Positions 34,980-44,422 of a stretch of 62,533 bases of DNA are shown here, in pieces. The position numbers and the translations under genes were made by a program. This DNA is from a virus (lineage: Duplodnaviria; Caudoviricetes), in IMG/VR virus record IMGVR_UViG_3300036861_000520, positions 1 through 62,533 of that record. The stretch is one strand, 5' to 3'. Position 1 is the first letter of the stretch, and the number at the start of each line of letters is the position of its first letter. A model generated the notes under the pieces. That model saw only the letters and a program-made list of their open reading frames with translations. It was not told where the DNA came from and ran no database searches.

Positions 34980-35462
34980 ATGAGGATCTATCTGGCATCC
35001 CGATACTCCCGCCGCGAGGAGCTCTGCCGCTACCGCGAGCAACTCCAGGCGGTCGGCCACGATGTGCAGTCCCGCTGGCTGGACGGAAACCACCAGATCA
35101 GCGATGCAGGCACGCCGCTAGGCGACCACGGCGAGGCGCTGGTCGAAGGTGACGACGGCTCGCAATCCGAGCGCGCCGCCGCCCTACGTGCCCGGTTCGC
35201 GGCGGACGACTTCGAGGACGTGGCCGGATGCCACCTGCTGATTGCCTTCACCGAGCCGCCGCGGTCCAGCGCGAGCCGGGGAGGTCGCCACGTAGAACTT
35301 GGGCTGGCCCTCGGGATGCGGAAGCAAGTCGTCATCGTCGGCCCGAGAGAGAACATCTTTTGCTGGCTACCCGAGGTGCTCCAGTTCGAAGACTGGACCG
35401 CCTTCACGTGGGCACACGATGCGGATATCTGGCCACCAGCGATGAAGAGAGCCGGGCGATGA
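34980..35462 (+). CDS. Nucleoside 2-deoxyribosyltransferase-like protein
   Basis: IYLAS...D..DV..C..LIAF...GGRHVELGLA. Confidence 0.7.
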   Translation: MRIYLASRYSRREELCRYREQLQAVGHDVQSRWLDGNHQISDAGTPLGDHGEALVEGDDGSQSERAAALRARFAADDFEDVAGCHLLIAFTEPPRSSASRGGRHVELGLALGMRKQVVIVGPRENIFCWLPEVLQFEDWTAFTWAHDADIWPPAMKRAGR

Positions 35463-35734
35463 GCCTGCGCCTGAACGTGACCCACGAGGAGTTTCACCGC
35501 CTGGGCGAGATCCTGGTCGGCTACCAGCGCGGGCGGCTGGATGCGGTGGAAGTCGTGCAGGCGGTGGACGAGCTCCTGGGCGCCGGCACCCACGCGCGGA
35601 TGGCGCTGCTGTCCGCACAGCACGGGGCCGCCGTGGTGACGGAGTGCGAGTATGCGGAGGAACGGCTGGAGGTCGTGGCCGGCCCGCGCCTGGTGCCGGG
35701 GAAGCGCGGCCGGATGAGGGAGCACTTGCGATGA
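35459..35734 (+). CDS. Hypothetical protein
   Basis: Coupled ORF. Confidence 0.6.
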   Translation: MSLRLNVTHEEFHRLGEILVGYQRGRLDAVEVVQAVDELLGAGTHARMALLSAQHGAAVVTECEYAEERLEVVAGPRLVPGKRGRMREHLR

Positions 35735-36492
35735 GTCGTATTCAGCTTTGGTCCTGTGGCGGCGGCAGGCAATCTGCCGGAATAGCCGCGCTCATCGTGG
35801 AAGGTTCGCTTCCACGCCCGGACCATTGCTGTATGGTCGTTTTGGAGTGGGAGATCCGCACGACGTGGCGTTACGTTAACGCGTGGATCAAGCCAGCGAT
35901 GAAAGTGCTCGGCATCCCATTCACGGCTATTTCGAGGAAGCGTTATGCGACTCATGACTTCTTCGGCGGGGCAGGACGGGTGACACCCCTCCTGCCTGCG
36001 TTCACCGATCAGTCGGGCGCGCCAGCCAAACTGAACGAGTGGTGCTCTGGCGAATGGAAGCGTGACGTGTGCCTACGATGGGCGGCAGAGCAGCCGGGAT
36101 GGAAAGATCGCGGTGTCGATAACTGGGTGGGTATCAGCTTCGAGGAGCGGCGTCGGGTTCGCGCGCCGCGGCGTGAATGGCTGAAGCCGGTGTACCCACT
36201 CGTGCACGTGAGGCCGACAGGGCTTGATGGCTGCCTGGCTGCCGTGGCACGCGCCGGGTGGCCCGAACCGCCGCGCAGTCGATGCCGCAACTGCCCTAAC
36301 CAGTCAGACGCCGAATGGTCAGAGCTTACGCCGCAGGAATGGGATATGGCCTGCGATCTAGAGGACGAGCTTCGGCTCACCGATCCGAACATCTACTTTC
36401 ACAAGAGCCTCATTCCGCTTCGGCAGGTAGTGCTTAAGCCCGAGCGGGAAGGCGGCCTGTTCGGCGGGTGTCACGCTGGAATGTGCTTTTAA
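35731..36492 (+). CDS. PAPS reductase/PP-loop family protein 1
   Basis: SCGGGRQS PP-loop, CSGEWK, YPL, SRCRNCP, C-terminal C..G.C. Confidence 0.75.
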   Translation: MSRIQLWSCGGGRQSAGIAALIVEGSLPRPDHCCMVVLEWEIRTTWRYVNAWIKPAMKVLGIPFTAISRKRYATHDFFGGAGRVTPLLPAFTDQSGAPAKLNEWCSGEWKRDVCLRWAAEQPGWKDRGVDNWVGISFEERRRVRAPRREWLKPVYPLVHVRPTGLDGCLAAVARAGWPEPPRSRCRNCPNQSDAEWSELTPQEWDMACDLEDELRLTDPNIYFHKSLIPLRQVVLKPEREGGLFGGCHAGMCF

Positions 36493-36758
36493 TGCCGATC
36501 ACCCCCACTCCCGCCGACATCGCCCGCGTGCTGGCGCTAATCGAGGACGAGAGCCCGCACGTGGTGGCCTTCTCGGCTGCCGACCGCGCGGCCCTGCGGA
36601 TGCTTCTGGGGGCGGTGGATGAGGTTCAGAGGGTTAACGGCTATCGCCTGGCTCGCGTGAAGGTGGGGTGGGTCATCTTTAATGGCTACGTTCCGATGAG
36701 AGCTTACCCCACCCTAGCCGAGGCGTGGGCGGCGGCCTGCGGGGAGGTGGCGGAGTGA
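36492..36758 (+). CDS. Hypothetical protein
   Basis: TAATG-coupled ORF. Confidence 0.55.
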   Translation: MPITPTPADIARVLALIEDESPHVVAFSAADRAALRMLLGAVDEVQRVNGYRLARVKVGWVIFNGYVPMRAYPTLAEAWAAACGEVAE

Positions 36759-37204
36759 ACGCCCTCTCCCTCTGGCAGCCGTGGGCCACGCTCATGGCCA
36801 TTGGAGCCAAGCATATCGAGACTCGCTCGTGGGCGGCACCGCGTCACCTGATCGGGAAGGAGCTCGCGATCCACGCGACCGCCAAGTGGGATCGGGAGAC
36901 CCTTCACTGCATAGCCTTCGATAACGGCTGCTGGGAGAGTATCCGTCGCGCCATTGGACGGGCAGGCTACAAAGCCATCGGGGAACTGCCCTTAGGATCA
37001 GTCGTGGCAGTGGTGAGGCTCACCTCCTGCGAGCGCACGGAGCACCTGCGTACGCGCGACCTGCAGGGAGAGCAGGATTTCGGCGACTTCACGCCTTGGC
37101 GCTACGGCTGGGTGACGGAGCTCGTGGAGCGCATCGAGCCTGCAATCCCTGCCAGAGGTGCACAGGGGATCTGGGCCTGGGAACGGCCCGAGGCCGCCCC
37201 GTGA
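36755..37204 (+). CDS. ASCH domain protein
   Basis: ALSLWQPWA...GAKHIETRSW...IHA...ARGAQGIW. Confidence 0.88.
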   Translation: MNALSLWQPWATLMAIGAKHIETRSWAAPRHLIGKELAIHATAKWDRETLHCIAFDNGCWESIRRAIGRAGYKAIGELPLGSVVAVVRLTSCERTEHLRTRDLQGEQDFGDFTPWRYGWVTELVERIEPAIPARGAQGIWAWERPEAAP

Positions 37205-37590
37205 GAACGCCCTACCACCGCCCGACGCCCCTCGGCGAGGAGTGGCGGCACCCACCGGAGCAGCGGCTCGCGATCCTGCCATATCCGGTAGGCGCACCGA
37301 AAGCCACGGACCGCCTCGCCGCCTGGCTCCAGCAGGAGGGACTCGAGCCGCATCACCGCCACGTGAGCAGGGCGGCCCACGATCTGTGTATGCACCCGGA
37401 GAGCGTGGCGACGAGGATGGATGCCCTGGTGGCCGCGCACCAGGCCGAGAAACGCCGGGCGGCGCGAACCGCCCGAGGAGAAGCAATGCCCACCGAGACA
37501 CCCATCCCCACTGCGCCCGCCCCGAGAACCGGCGGCCCAGGATCGAATGGCCGCGAGATCGGAAGGCCGGCCGGTGCCGGAAAGGGGTGA
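37201..37590 (+). CDS. Hypothetical protein
   Basis: GTGA-coupled ORF. Confidence 0.5.
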   Translation: MRTPYHRPTPLGEEWRHPPEQRLAILPYPVGAPKATDRLAAWLQQEGLEPHHRHVSRAAHDLCMHPESVATRMDALVAAHQAEKRRAARTARGEAMPTETPIPTAPAPRTGGPGSNGREIGRPAGAGKG

Positions 37591-37593
37591 GGA

Positions 37594-39006
37594 GTGAATC
37601 TGCTCTCGCTATTCAGCGGCGGCGGGCTCGCGGACACCGGCGCGGCGCAAGCGGGCTTCGTCCCGGTGGGTGCGGTCGAATACGATGAGGAGATTGCTGC
37701 CGCCTACCGCGCGAACCTGGGGAGCCACATCACGTGTGCCCGCGTGCAGGATGTCGCTTACCGCCCGTTTACCGGCGTTGACGCGCTCTGGGCGTCCCCG
37801 TCCTGCGTGAATGCCAGCGTGGCGAACCAGGACGCGGGAGAGACGGAAGCCGACCGTGAGGCAGCCGAGGCAGTCTGCCGTGCCCTGCGGGAAGCGCGGC
37901 CCCGCTGGTTCGTGCTGGAGAACGTCTACGGCTATCGGAGTTTCGACTCGTTCCGCGCCATCTGCCGGGAGCTTCAGTCTCTCGGCTACCAGTGGTCCTA
38001 TCAGCACGTCAACGCGGCGAACTTCGGCGTGGCCCAGACCCGGAAGCGGCTGATCCTGCGGGCCGTGCTCGGTGGCCCGGTGCCGCCGCTGACCGCGACC
38101 CACTGCCGTGGCGGTGGGATGGAGAGCCTGTTCGGTGCGGGCCTGCTGCCGTGGGTGGGCTGGTATGCGGCCGTCGAGGACCTGATACCCACGCTCCCGG
38201 AGAGCCGGTTGGCGGACTGGCAGAGGAAGCGCTTGCCGCCGGAGTTGCTGGAGACACTGCTGATCAGCGGTGCCGCGACCACGAGAGGCGACAGCGGGCC
38301 TTCCTGCGTCCTGCTGGGCTGTGATGAAGGCTCGGTCACCCTGACTGCCGAGGTTGGCTCGAAGGTGCCGCTCCGCGCCCTGCTCGTCGGCCAGCAATCC
38401 AACCTGCCGAGCGATTGCCCCGACCGCAGGCCGAGCACGGCTGGCGCGGATGAGCCTGCGATGACGGTCGTTGGCTCGCATCACTCGAAGGGGAAGATGC
38501 CGCAGGCCGTGCTGGTCTCGAACGCTACCACGGAATACAGCGACGGAACCCGCCAGCCGCCGGAGCCTGCGTTCACCACGACGAGCGAACAGCGACACGG
38601 ACGGCGCGGAGCCGTGCTGGTGGATGGGAAGCCCACGAACTACGCGGGCGACCTGCGGCTAGAAGGACCGGCGAGGGACTCGCCGGTCCTCACTGGCTCC
38701 CAGTCACAGCACCCATTCCGCGCAGTGCTGGTCGGCGGCGGGAACACCAGCGACGAGCAGGCAGCGATCGGCGTGGGATGTTCCGAGTCCGACGAGCCGA
38801 CCCGCTGCGTCGCGCCCAACGGCGACCGCTGGAAAGCCACCGACGGATACCGCGTGGTGGCGATGACCCCGCGCGCGCTCGCCCGCTTCCAGTCGGTGCC
38901 TGACGATTACATCCTACCCACGAAGAACGCGTTGGCTTGTAGGATCGTGGGGAACGGCGTGCCCTGCCTGCTCGCCCGCCGCATTATGGAGAGCTTCCTA
39001 CAATGA
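37594..39006 (+). CDS. C5-cytosine DNA methyltransferase with expanded, repeated variable region
   Basis: FSGGG, SPSC, ENV, QTRKR, RALARFQ, GNGV. Confidence 0.9.
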   Translation: MNLLSLFSGGGLADTGAAQAGFVPVGAVEYDEEIAAAYRANLGSHITCARVQDVAYRPFTGVDALWASPSCVNASVANQDAGETEADREAAEAVCRALREARPRWFVLENVYGYRSFDSFRAICRELQSLGYQWSYQHVNAANFGVAQTRKRLILRAVLGGPVPPLTATHCRGGGMESLFGAGLLPWVGWYAAVEDLIPTLPESRLADWQRKRLPPELLETLLISGAATTRGDSGPSCVLLGCDEGSVTLTAEVGSKVPLRALLVGQQSNLPSDCPDRRPSTAGADEPAMTVVGSHHSKGKMPQAVLVSNATTEYSDGTRQPPEPAFTTTSEQRHGRRGAVLVDGKPTNYAGDLRLEGPARDSPVLTGSQSQHPFRAVLVGGGNTSDEQAAIGVGCSESDEPTRCVAPNGDRWKATDGYRVVAMTPRALARFQSVPDDYILPTKNALACRIVGNGVPCLLARRIMESFLQ

Positions 39007-39347
39007 CCACCCGAGCCGCCGACCTGCGCCGCCGGGCCGAGGAGTACCGGCCCGACAAGTACTACCCGGTGCCGAAGCAGGATTACCGGCGCCTCGCCGC
39101 ATTCTTCCGCCGCTACGGGCACGTTGGCCCACCCTACAGCAACGACAGCGACGGCGAGGACGACACCGGCCACTGCGGGATGGAGTACCTGACCGCAGTG
39201 GTCCCGGAGGAGCGCGCTGCGGCCCTGGACGCTGCCCTCGACCGCGCAGGCTACGAGACCAGTGGCGTCTGCCTGTGGGACGACAGGCCCGGCGAGGCAG
39301 TGATCGACGTTTTCGGTGGGTGGACCGGCCCGGAGGAAGTGCTATGA
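39003..39347 (+). CDS. Hypothetical protein
   Basis: Coupled ORF. Confidence 0.6.
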   Translation: MTTRAADLRRRAEEYRPDKYYPVPKQDYRRLAAFFRRYGHVGPPYSNDSDGEDDTGHCGMEYLTAVVPEERAAALDAALDRAGYETSGVCLWDDRPGEAVIDVFGGWTGPEEVL

Positions 39348-39580
39348 CGAGGCTGGAGAAGGCGGCGCGCGAAGTGTTGGAAGCTTTCCACGGGATGGCT
39401 AGCCTGGACGAGAGTATGTTCGAACTCGGGGAGGCGCTGGGGGATGCCATTACGACCGATCCAGCGCTGTGCGGCGCGGTGTCCCCGACAGGCATCCCGT
39501 GCATCCGTCCGGCGGGGCACGGTGAGCACCACGCCAACAGCGGCGCGATGTGGTGGGATTCGAAGGAGCCGACCGAATGA
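39344..39580 (+). CDS. Hypothetical protein with C..C..H..H motif
   Basis: LCGA...PCIRPAGHGEHH. Confidence 0.6.
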   Translation: MTRLEKAAREVLEAFHGMASLDESMFELGEALGDAITTDPALCGAVSPTGIPCIRPAGHGEHHANSGAMWWDSKEPTE

Positions 39581-40494
39581 AGCATATCGTCGGGTTCTCT
39601 GGCGGTTGTGACAGCCAGGCCTGCGCCCTGTGGGTGCGGCAGCGGGTCCCGGCGGAAGACATCATCCTGCTCAATTCCGAGGCGGGCCGGAACGAGCATC
39701 CAATCACCGTTCAGTTCGTGAAGTGGTATTCCGAGAACATCTTTCCGGTGGTTCAGGTCGTGCCACTGATCAAGGACCTGGGCAACCGTGGCACGATGCC
39801 GGGGGCGACCCGAGATCGGCGGCGGGAGTTCAGCGATGACGATGAGCTGACCTTCGACCGGCTGGCTTACGTGAAGGGAATATTCCCTTCACGTAAGGCG
39901 CAGTTCTGCACCGAGAGCCTCAAGATGGCTCCGCAGAAGCGGTGGACAGAAGAGAACCTGCCTGACGGAGACTTCGAGCGGTATACCGGCGTGCGGTGGC
40001 AGGAAGGCGAACGTGGCGGGTGTTCGGTGGCGCTTCCAGTGATCGCAGCAGGAGGACGCCGACCACGCGGGCGGCTGCACACGCCAGAGCGGGAATGGGA
40101 TGACTACTTCGATTGCTACGTCAACCATCCACTGGCATCCTGGACGAAAGCCGAGGTGTTTGCGTTCCTGAAGGAGCACGGCGAGCCGGTGAACCCACTC
40201 TACACACACGGGTTCTCTCGGGTGGGCTGCGCCCCCTGCATCAACAGCGGCAAAGAGGATATCCGTCTGTGGGCTGCCCGGTTCCCGGAGATGATCGACA
40301 AGCTTCGCCAGTGGGAGAAACAGAACGGACGCACGTTCTTTGCACCCTGCGTGCCCGGCTATGTGATCAATTGGGTTGACGAGGTGGTGGCGTGGAGCCG
40401 CACGAGCCGAGGTGGGAAGCAGTTTGACCTCCCGATGGTCGAGGCCGACGCTGCCGATGGAGCCTGTTCCAGCAGGTATGGGCTATGTGAGTGA
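39577..40494 (+). CDS. PAPS reductase family protein 2
   Basis: GFSGGCDS, QFCTESLK, TGVRWQE, NPLY..GFSRVGCAPC, CSSRYGLCE. Confidence 0.85.
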   Translation: MKHIVGFSGGCDSQACALWVRQRVPAEDIILLNSEAGRNEHPITVQFVKWYSENIFPVVQVVPLIKDLGNRGTMPGATRDRRREFSDDDELTFDRLAYVKGIFPSRKAQFCTESLKMAPQKRWTEENLPDGDFERYTGVRWQEGERGGCSVALPVIAAGGRRPRGRLHTPEREWDDYFDCYVNHPLASWTKAEVFAFLKEHGEPVNPLYTHGFSRVGCAPCINSGKEDIRLWAARFPEMIDKLRQWEKQNGRTFFAPCVPGYVINWVDEVVAWSRTSRGGKQFDLPMVEADAADGACSSRYGLCE

Positions 40495-40507
40495 AGGAGC
40501 CGACCGA

Positions 40508-40945
40508 ATGATGAAAGAGCTTGAAGAGATGACCGGGATGGACTTCGCGGGCGGCCTGATGGGTGCGCTGAAGACCTCCCGCGAAAATGGCGGGCGCGCC
40601 CCTGAAGCAGAGAAACTCATCGAGTCGTCTCTACGCATCACGCCCTACGAGAGGCGCCGAGAGACAGCGATAGCCCTGCGCGAGTTGGCGCGTGAAGCCC
40701 CGACACCGGCAGGGCAAGCGTGGCTCTGTCGGCTGGCTGAACGGTTCGATGCTGCCGCGCAGCCCAAGATGTGTGAGATGGATAACTGCGGCGAGCAGGC
40801 CGCGACTACTCTGCACTTCCCAGGCCTGCCCAAAGATGTCTGCCTGCGGCATTGCCGGGAGATCGAAGCCAAACTGCACCTTCTGCGCGGCGGTTCGATG
40901 GACGAGGCGCGCAAGATCGCCGGGCCGACCGCGAAGCACTGGTAA
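40508..40945 (+). CDS. Hypothetical protein with zinc-finger-like C-terminus
   Basis: Starts in the boundary repeat; C...C...CxxH. Confidence 0.6.
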   Translation: MMKELEEMTGMDFAGGLMGALKTSRENGGRAPEAEKLIESSLRITPYERRRETAIALRELAREAPTPAGQAWLCRLAERFDAAAQPKMCEMDNCGEQAATTLHFPGLPKDVCLRHCREIEAKLHLLRGGSMDEARKIAGPTAKHW

Positions 40946-40958
40946 GGAGCCGACCGGA

Positions 40959-41366
40959 ATGAGTGAAGTTGAGAAATCGCTGACCCTGGACGAGATCCTC
41001 TCCCACGCCCGGCACGCGCTGAAGGCGGCAGAACAGCGGCTCGTGGCTCTGACCGGCGAGCGTATCGGCATCGAAGGCAAGCTCGCCACCTGCCGCGAGG
41101 AGATCAAAGCACTCCAGAAGCTCATCCCGCACGAGCCAGGCGGGACGCGCGGCCTGGGCGAACGCACCGGCGTGTTGAATTACCTGAAGGCCGTCCCAAT
41201 CGGCGGCGAGACCACGTACACCATGGCGGTCGCCGCCGTGATGCAGGTGGAGCCGGACTACCAGCCGGACGCGGTGAAGAACGCGCTCCGGACCGAGTTC
41301 AAGCGGGCCGACCAGTGGGATCGCGTGGCCCGCGGGCGGTACCGGAAGCTGGATGTGAGGGAGTGA
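40959..41366 (+). CDS. Coiled-coil plus winged-helix-like protein
   Basis: Starts in the boundary repeat; ends RVARGRYR. Confidence 0.6.
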   Translation: MSEVEKSLTLDEILSHARHALKAAEQRLVALTGERIGIEGKLATCREEIKALQKLIPHEPGGTRGLGERTGVLNYLKAVPIGGETTYTMAVAAVMQVEPDYQPDAVKNALRTEFKRADQWDRVARGRYRKLDVRE

Positions 41367-41590
41367 GCGCAGAAGTGAATGACATTGTCCAGATCACCGC
41401 ACAAGATCACCCGTGGTTCCCCTGCTTGCTTCTGGTAACAGAGGTGAAGGGCTGGGGGGTTCAGGCGTGCGTCTTAATCCCAGAAAGCAACAGCGGCAGC
41501 GAACCGCCAAGTCGGGCATTTACCCGATTGACGTGGGATGAGATCGAGAAGGTCGGAACAGCGATCTTTTCTACGAGGATGAGGGAATGA
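41363..41590 (+). CDS. Small SH3-like hypothetical protein
   Basis: DIVQI...LLVTEVKGWGVQ. Confidence 0.6.
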   Translation: MSAEVNDIVQITAQDHPWFPCLLLVTEVKGWGVQACVLIPESNSGSEPPSRAFTRLTWDEIEKVGTAIFSTRMRE

Positions 41591-41671
41591 AGCTCCGTAA
41601 GAGAGAGAACGGGTTTCGCCAGTAGCCTGGCTGGACGAGATCCCCTCGCGCTGGGAGAAGTAGACGCAGAA

Positions 41672-41703
41672 GACCCCGGCAGCCGGTGAAGCTTGCCGGG
41701 GTC
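41672..41703. terminator. Hairpin between convergent operons
   Basis: GACCCCGGCA/TGCCGGGGTC 10-bp stem. Confidence 0.6.
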
Positions 41704-41738
41704 GTCGTTCCGCCCTGGAGTTTACGAAGGACAGTTTA

Positions 41739-42437
41739 TCAGCAGACGAGTTCCTTCGGCACTTCCAGCCACCCGGCCGAGATAAACCCGGTGCTCGCCT
41801 GCGCCGCCGCAAACGCGTTCCAACGAGCAATCCCGCCGTTGGCGATGAGGACCGGGAAGCCCCCTATACCACGCCGCCAGCGGTAGGTCTCACCCGTGCG
41901 GCTGCTCGTGTCATTGCCGGTGGCGATGGTGGCTGCCGCCTGGATGCCGAAGCGGAAGTACTCCGCAACGTTGCTGGTCATGAAAGTGGCTCCCGCATCG
42001 GCGGCGCCCCCGACCACGCACACGGAAGCATAAGGAGCATCGGTGCGGACGTTCTTTGGGGTGACGCTGGTCATCGTACCCTGAACGCCGCCCATTCCAG
42101 TGCACATCATCCCCTCGAAAATGGCAGTTGTGCCGAAGGCTTCCATTTCGATGTCCAGCCACAGAGGCAGGACCGCGATCGGCGAACCGGATGGCAGGGC
42201 GAGGTCCCAGTCCGGTTCCGTGGTGTCGATGCTGCCGGCGCCGAAGGTGGCCGGAGAAGTGGCCGAGCCGAGATTGCCAACGAACATCCGGCCCGCGCGG
42301 GCGTACGCCTCCTCCCAGGGCGTCAGGACCAGCGAGCCGTCCCGCTGATACCACGGGTCACGTTCGACGCCCTCGCCACTGAAGGCCGGATTGAGCCAGC
42401 CCTTCGCCCGCACGAAAAAGTCTGCGACAGCTCCCAT
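41739..42437 (-). CDS. Putative minor structural protein
   Basis: Last gene of the tail operon; beta-rich. Confidence 0.6.
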   Translation of the reverse strand: MGAVADFFVRAKGWLNPAFSGEGVERDPWYQRDGSLVLTPWEEAYARAGRMFVGNLGSATSPATFGAGSIDTTEPDWDLALPSGSPIAVLPLWLDIEMEAFGTTAIFEGMMCTGMGGVQGTMTSVTPKNVRTDAPYASVCVVGGAADAGATFMTSNVAEYFRFGIQAAATIATGNDTSSRTGETYRWRRGIGGFPVLIANGGIARWNAFAAAQASTGFISAGWLEVPKELVC

Positions 42438-42450
42438 TAGATTTGCTCCT

Positions 42451-43338
42451 CTAGCGGCGGGCGCTGCCCGCAGTGAACCGGCTGGACATCTCGCCGATCA
42501 GTTCCGGCGCCAGCCTCAATCCAAGATAGTATACAACCCTGTTCAGGTCGCGCTCCTGCAGGTAGAGCCGTGCCTCCAGGACAGCGATCTCATCCGACAA
42601 CGACGAGACGACCGGATCCTCCAGCGCCCGCAGAACATCCGTCCCGTCCGTGGTAAGGAGCGCCTTCTCACCGGCCGCGAGCGTGACTCCCTCACCCGCC
42701 GCCGTCGTGCACTCCAGATCGGATGAGAGCGCGTTCTCCACGAACCAGCGCCGCCCGGCTGCAGCCGGGAAGACGACCGTGTTCCCCGACCCGCTGAACG
42801 ACAGGAACCCGCTCTGGTATTGGTCCGCGGTGAGCGTGGTCGATCCAGCCGTCAGGGTAATCGCGTGCAGGCCGAGCATCGTCGTCGGCCGCGCGTACTT
42901 GCCGGGCGGGTCGGAATTGACGGACGTGATGCCCGCCGCGTCCGTGGCGAGGATTGCCAGGCAGAAGTACTCCGCGCCCGGCGAGACCCCCGTGGTGTTG
43001 TGCGTGACCGTGAGCGCGTAGGTGTCCGAGGCCGTGGGCTGCGTCTGGTCCGCCGCCGTCCTGGTGATCTTGGCCCACAGGTAGACCGTGGAAGAGGCGA
43101 CCGCCGCGGTGTATGCCTGGGCGACGGAGAGCGTCAGCAGTACGCCCTTCAGGTGGAAGACGGAGCCGGAAGCCACCTCGACCGAATAGCCGGTCGTGGC
43201 CGTGACCGCTCCCCCGCTGATGACGCCTGGGGAGAGGACTTCCTGCAGCGCACCTTCCAGGAGCGTGCGGAGTTGCGTGTCCCTGGTGAGGGACCACGGC
43301 TTGCCGGTGGCGGCTCCCTGCAGCGGTAATACAGCCAT
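42451..43338 (-). CDS. Putative tail fibre
   Basis: GVISGGAVTA...; TLTADQYQSGFLSFSG...WFVEN...LTTDGTDV tail-fibre-type module. Confidence 0.6.
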   Translation of the reverse strand: MAVLPLQGAATGKPWSLTRDTQLRTLLEGALQEVLSPGVISGGAVTATTGYSVEVASGSVFHLKGVLLTLSVAQAYTAAVASSTVYLWAKITRTAADQTQPTASDTYALTVTHNTTGVSPGAEYFCLAILATDAAGITSVNSDPPGKYARPTTMLGLHAITLTAGSTTLTADQYQSGFLSFSGSGNTVVFPAAAGRRWFVENALSSDLECTTAAGEGVTLAAGEKALLTTDGTDVLRALEDPVVSSLSDEIAVLEARLYLQERDLNRVVYYLGLRLAPELIGEMSSRFTAGSARR

Positions 43339-43514
43339 CAGTCGATCATCACCGTGAGCAGGAACGGACCGAGCCAGCGGCGGGCAACGCACCCTTCCGG
43401 GAACCGTTCGGTGAGCACCCGCCAATGCCACCCGCCGAGCCAACGAAGCCGGGCGCGGTATCGGTGCCCACGGAAGTTGAACACAGGAATGAAGAAGAGT
43501 CCCATACCGCTCAT
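43338..43514 (-). CDS. 58 aa Trp/Arg-rich microprotein
   Basis: Manual translation MSGMGLFFIPVFNFRGHRY...; coupled at both ends. Confidence 0.5.
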   Translation of the reverse strand: MSGMGLFFIPVFNFRGHRYRARLRWLGGWHWRVLTERFPEGCVARRWLGPFLLTVMID

Positions 43515-44422
43515 ACCGGAGCCACCCAGGACGCGGCCCGCGTGTCACTGTAGCGCGTCGCGATGCTGCTTCCCAGCTTGCCCAGCGCATACCAGTGCGG
43601 GCGGCGGGCGATGAGCGCCCCGAGATAGCCTCGCTGGTAGGCTGCCGGCGCCGGCGCCGTGTCTGCGACCGCGCCATAGGTCTCATCGAGCCGCAGCAGG
43701 TTCAATGTGGACCCGCTAAAGTATGTCACAAACCCGTCACCTATCCCAACCGCGAAGGCCGGATACTTGCCGGTGGCGAGCGTGCCCGTCACGGTGAAGA
43801 CTCGATCAGAGACCGAGTAGGAATGTTCCAGCACGTCTCCGGCGGTCCGGTGGATGACGTGCACGAGGTTGCGCCGATCCACCCGCATCGCCGCCAGTTG
43901 GATCGGAGCCGTGATCGATTGGAACGCCAGCAGGTTCGCGCCCCAGTCGTCCGTCTCGTGCAGCACGAGCGCCGTGCCGTTGTGCGCGATGAGCACTTGC
44001 CGGTGCTGCTGCACGACGAGCCGCGGATACGTCAGGCCGACGTTGACGGAATGCAGCGCCCAGGTCTCGCCCCGGTCCGCGGACCGCCACCCGTAAGCCG
44101 CCGTGCCGCCGTGGAAGAACACAAACAGGTCATCCCACCTCGTGCGCGCGAGCGTGGGAGCCGCCCCATCTCCGGTAATACTGGCTCCGACGGTCACCAC
44201 CCGATCATTCCAGGTCACGCCTGCATCTCGCGAGATACCGACCACCACGGAGCCGACGGAAAAGCCGGTAATCGCTACGTCAGGTGCGCGGACCGCGTAG
44301 GAGCGCACGAGCCACCCACTCCCGCCGAGCTGGAGCAGGTCGCAGTGGAAGAGCGGAACCGCAGTGGCGGGAACGACCAGCGGAAGCCGCTGTTTGTCGT
44401 GCGCGCGCAGCAGGACGCTCAC
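43511..44422 (-). CDS. BNR/Asp-box beta-propeller tail protein
   Basis: SRDAGVTW, SADRGETW, TDDWGAN, SDTRAASW. Confidence 0.7.
   Translation of the reverse strand: MSVLLRAHDKQRLPLVVPATAVPLFHCDLLQLGGSGWLVRSYAVRAPDVAITGFSVGSVVVGISRDAGVTWNDRVVTVGASITGDGAAPTLARTRWDDLFVFFHGGTAAYGWRSADRGETWALHSVNVGLTYPRLVVQQHRQVLIAHNGTALVLHETDDWGANLLAFQSITAPIQLAAMRVDRRNLVHVIHRTAGDVLEHSYSVSDRVFTVTGTLATGKYPAFAVGIGDGFVTYFSGSTLNLLRLDETYGAVADTAPAPAAYQRGYLGALIARRPHWYALGKLGSSIATRYSDTRAASWVAPV

Larger units (their letters stand above)
39562..40962 (+). repeat. Three copies of gene-boundary motif AAGGAGCCGACCG(G)AATGA
   Basis: 39562-39580, 40493-40511 and 40944-40962, each supplying the RBS and ATG of the next gene. Confidence 0.8.

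Noticed and set aside
35731-40494. Complete Dnd/Ssp phosphorothioation system or sulfur-metabolism auxiliary genes
   Set aside because: Partner genes not seen; family membership alone does not establish function
41682-41692. Terminator loop GGTGAAG matching the leader B loop as a trans-acting partner
   Set aside because: A 7-nt match is expected by chance in 62 kb
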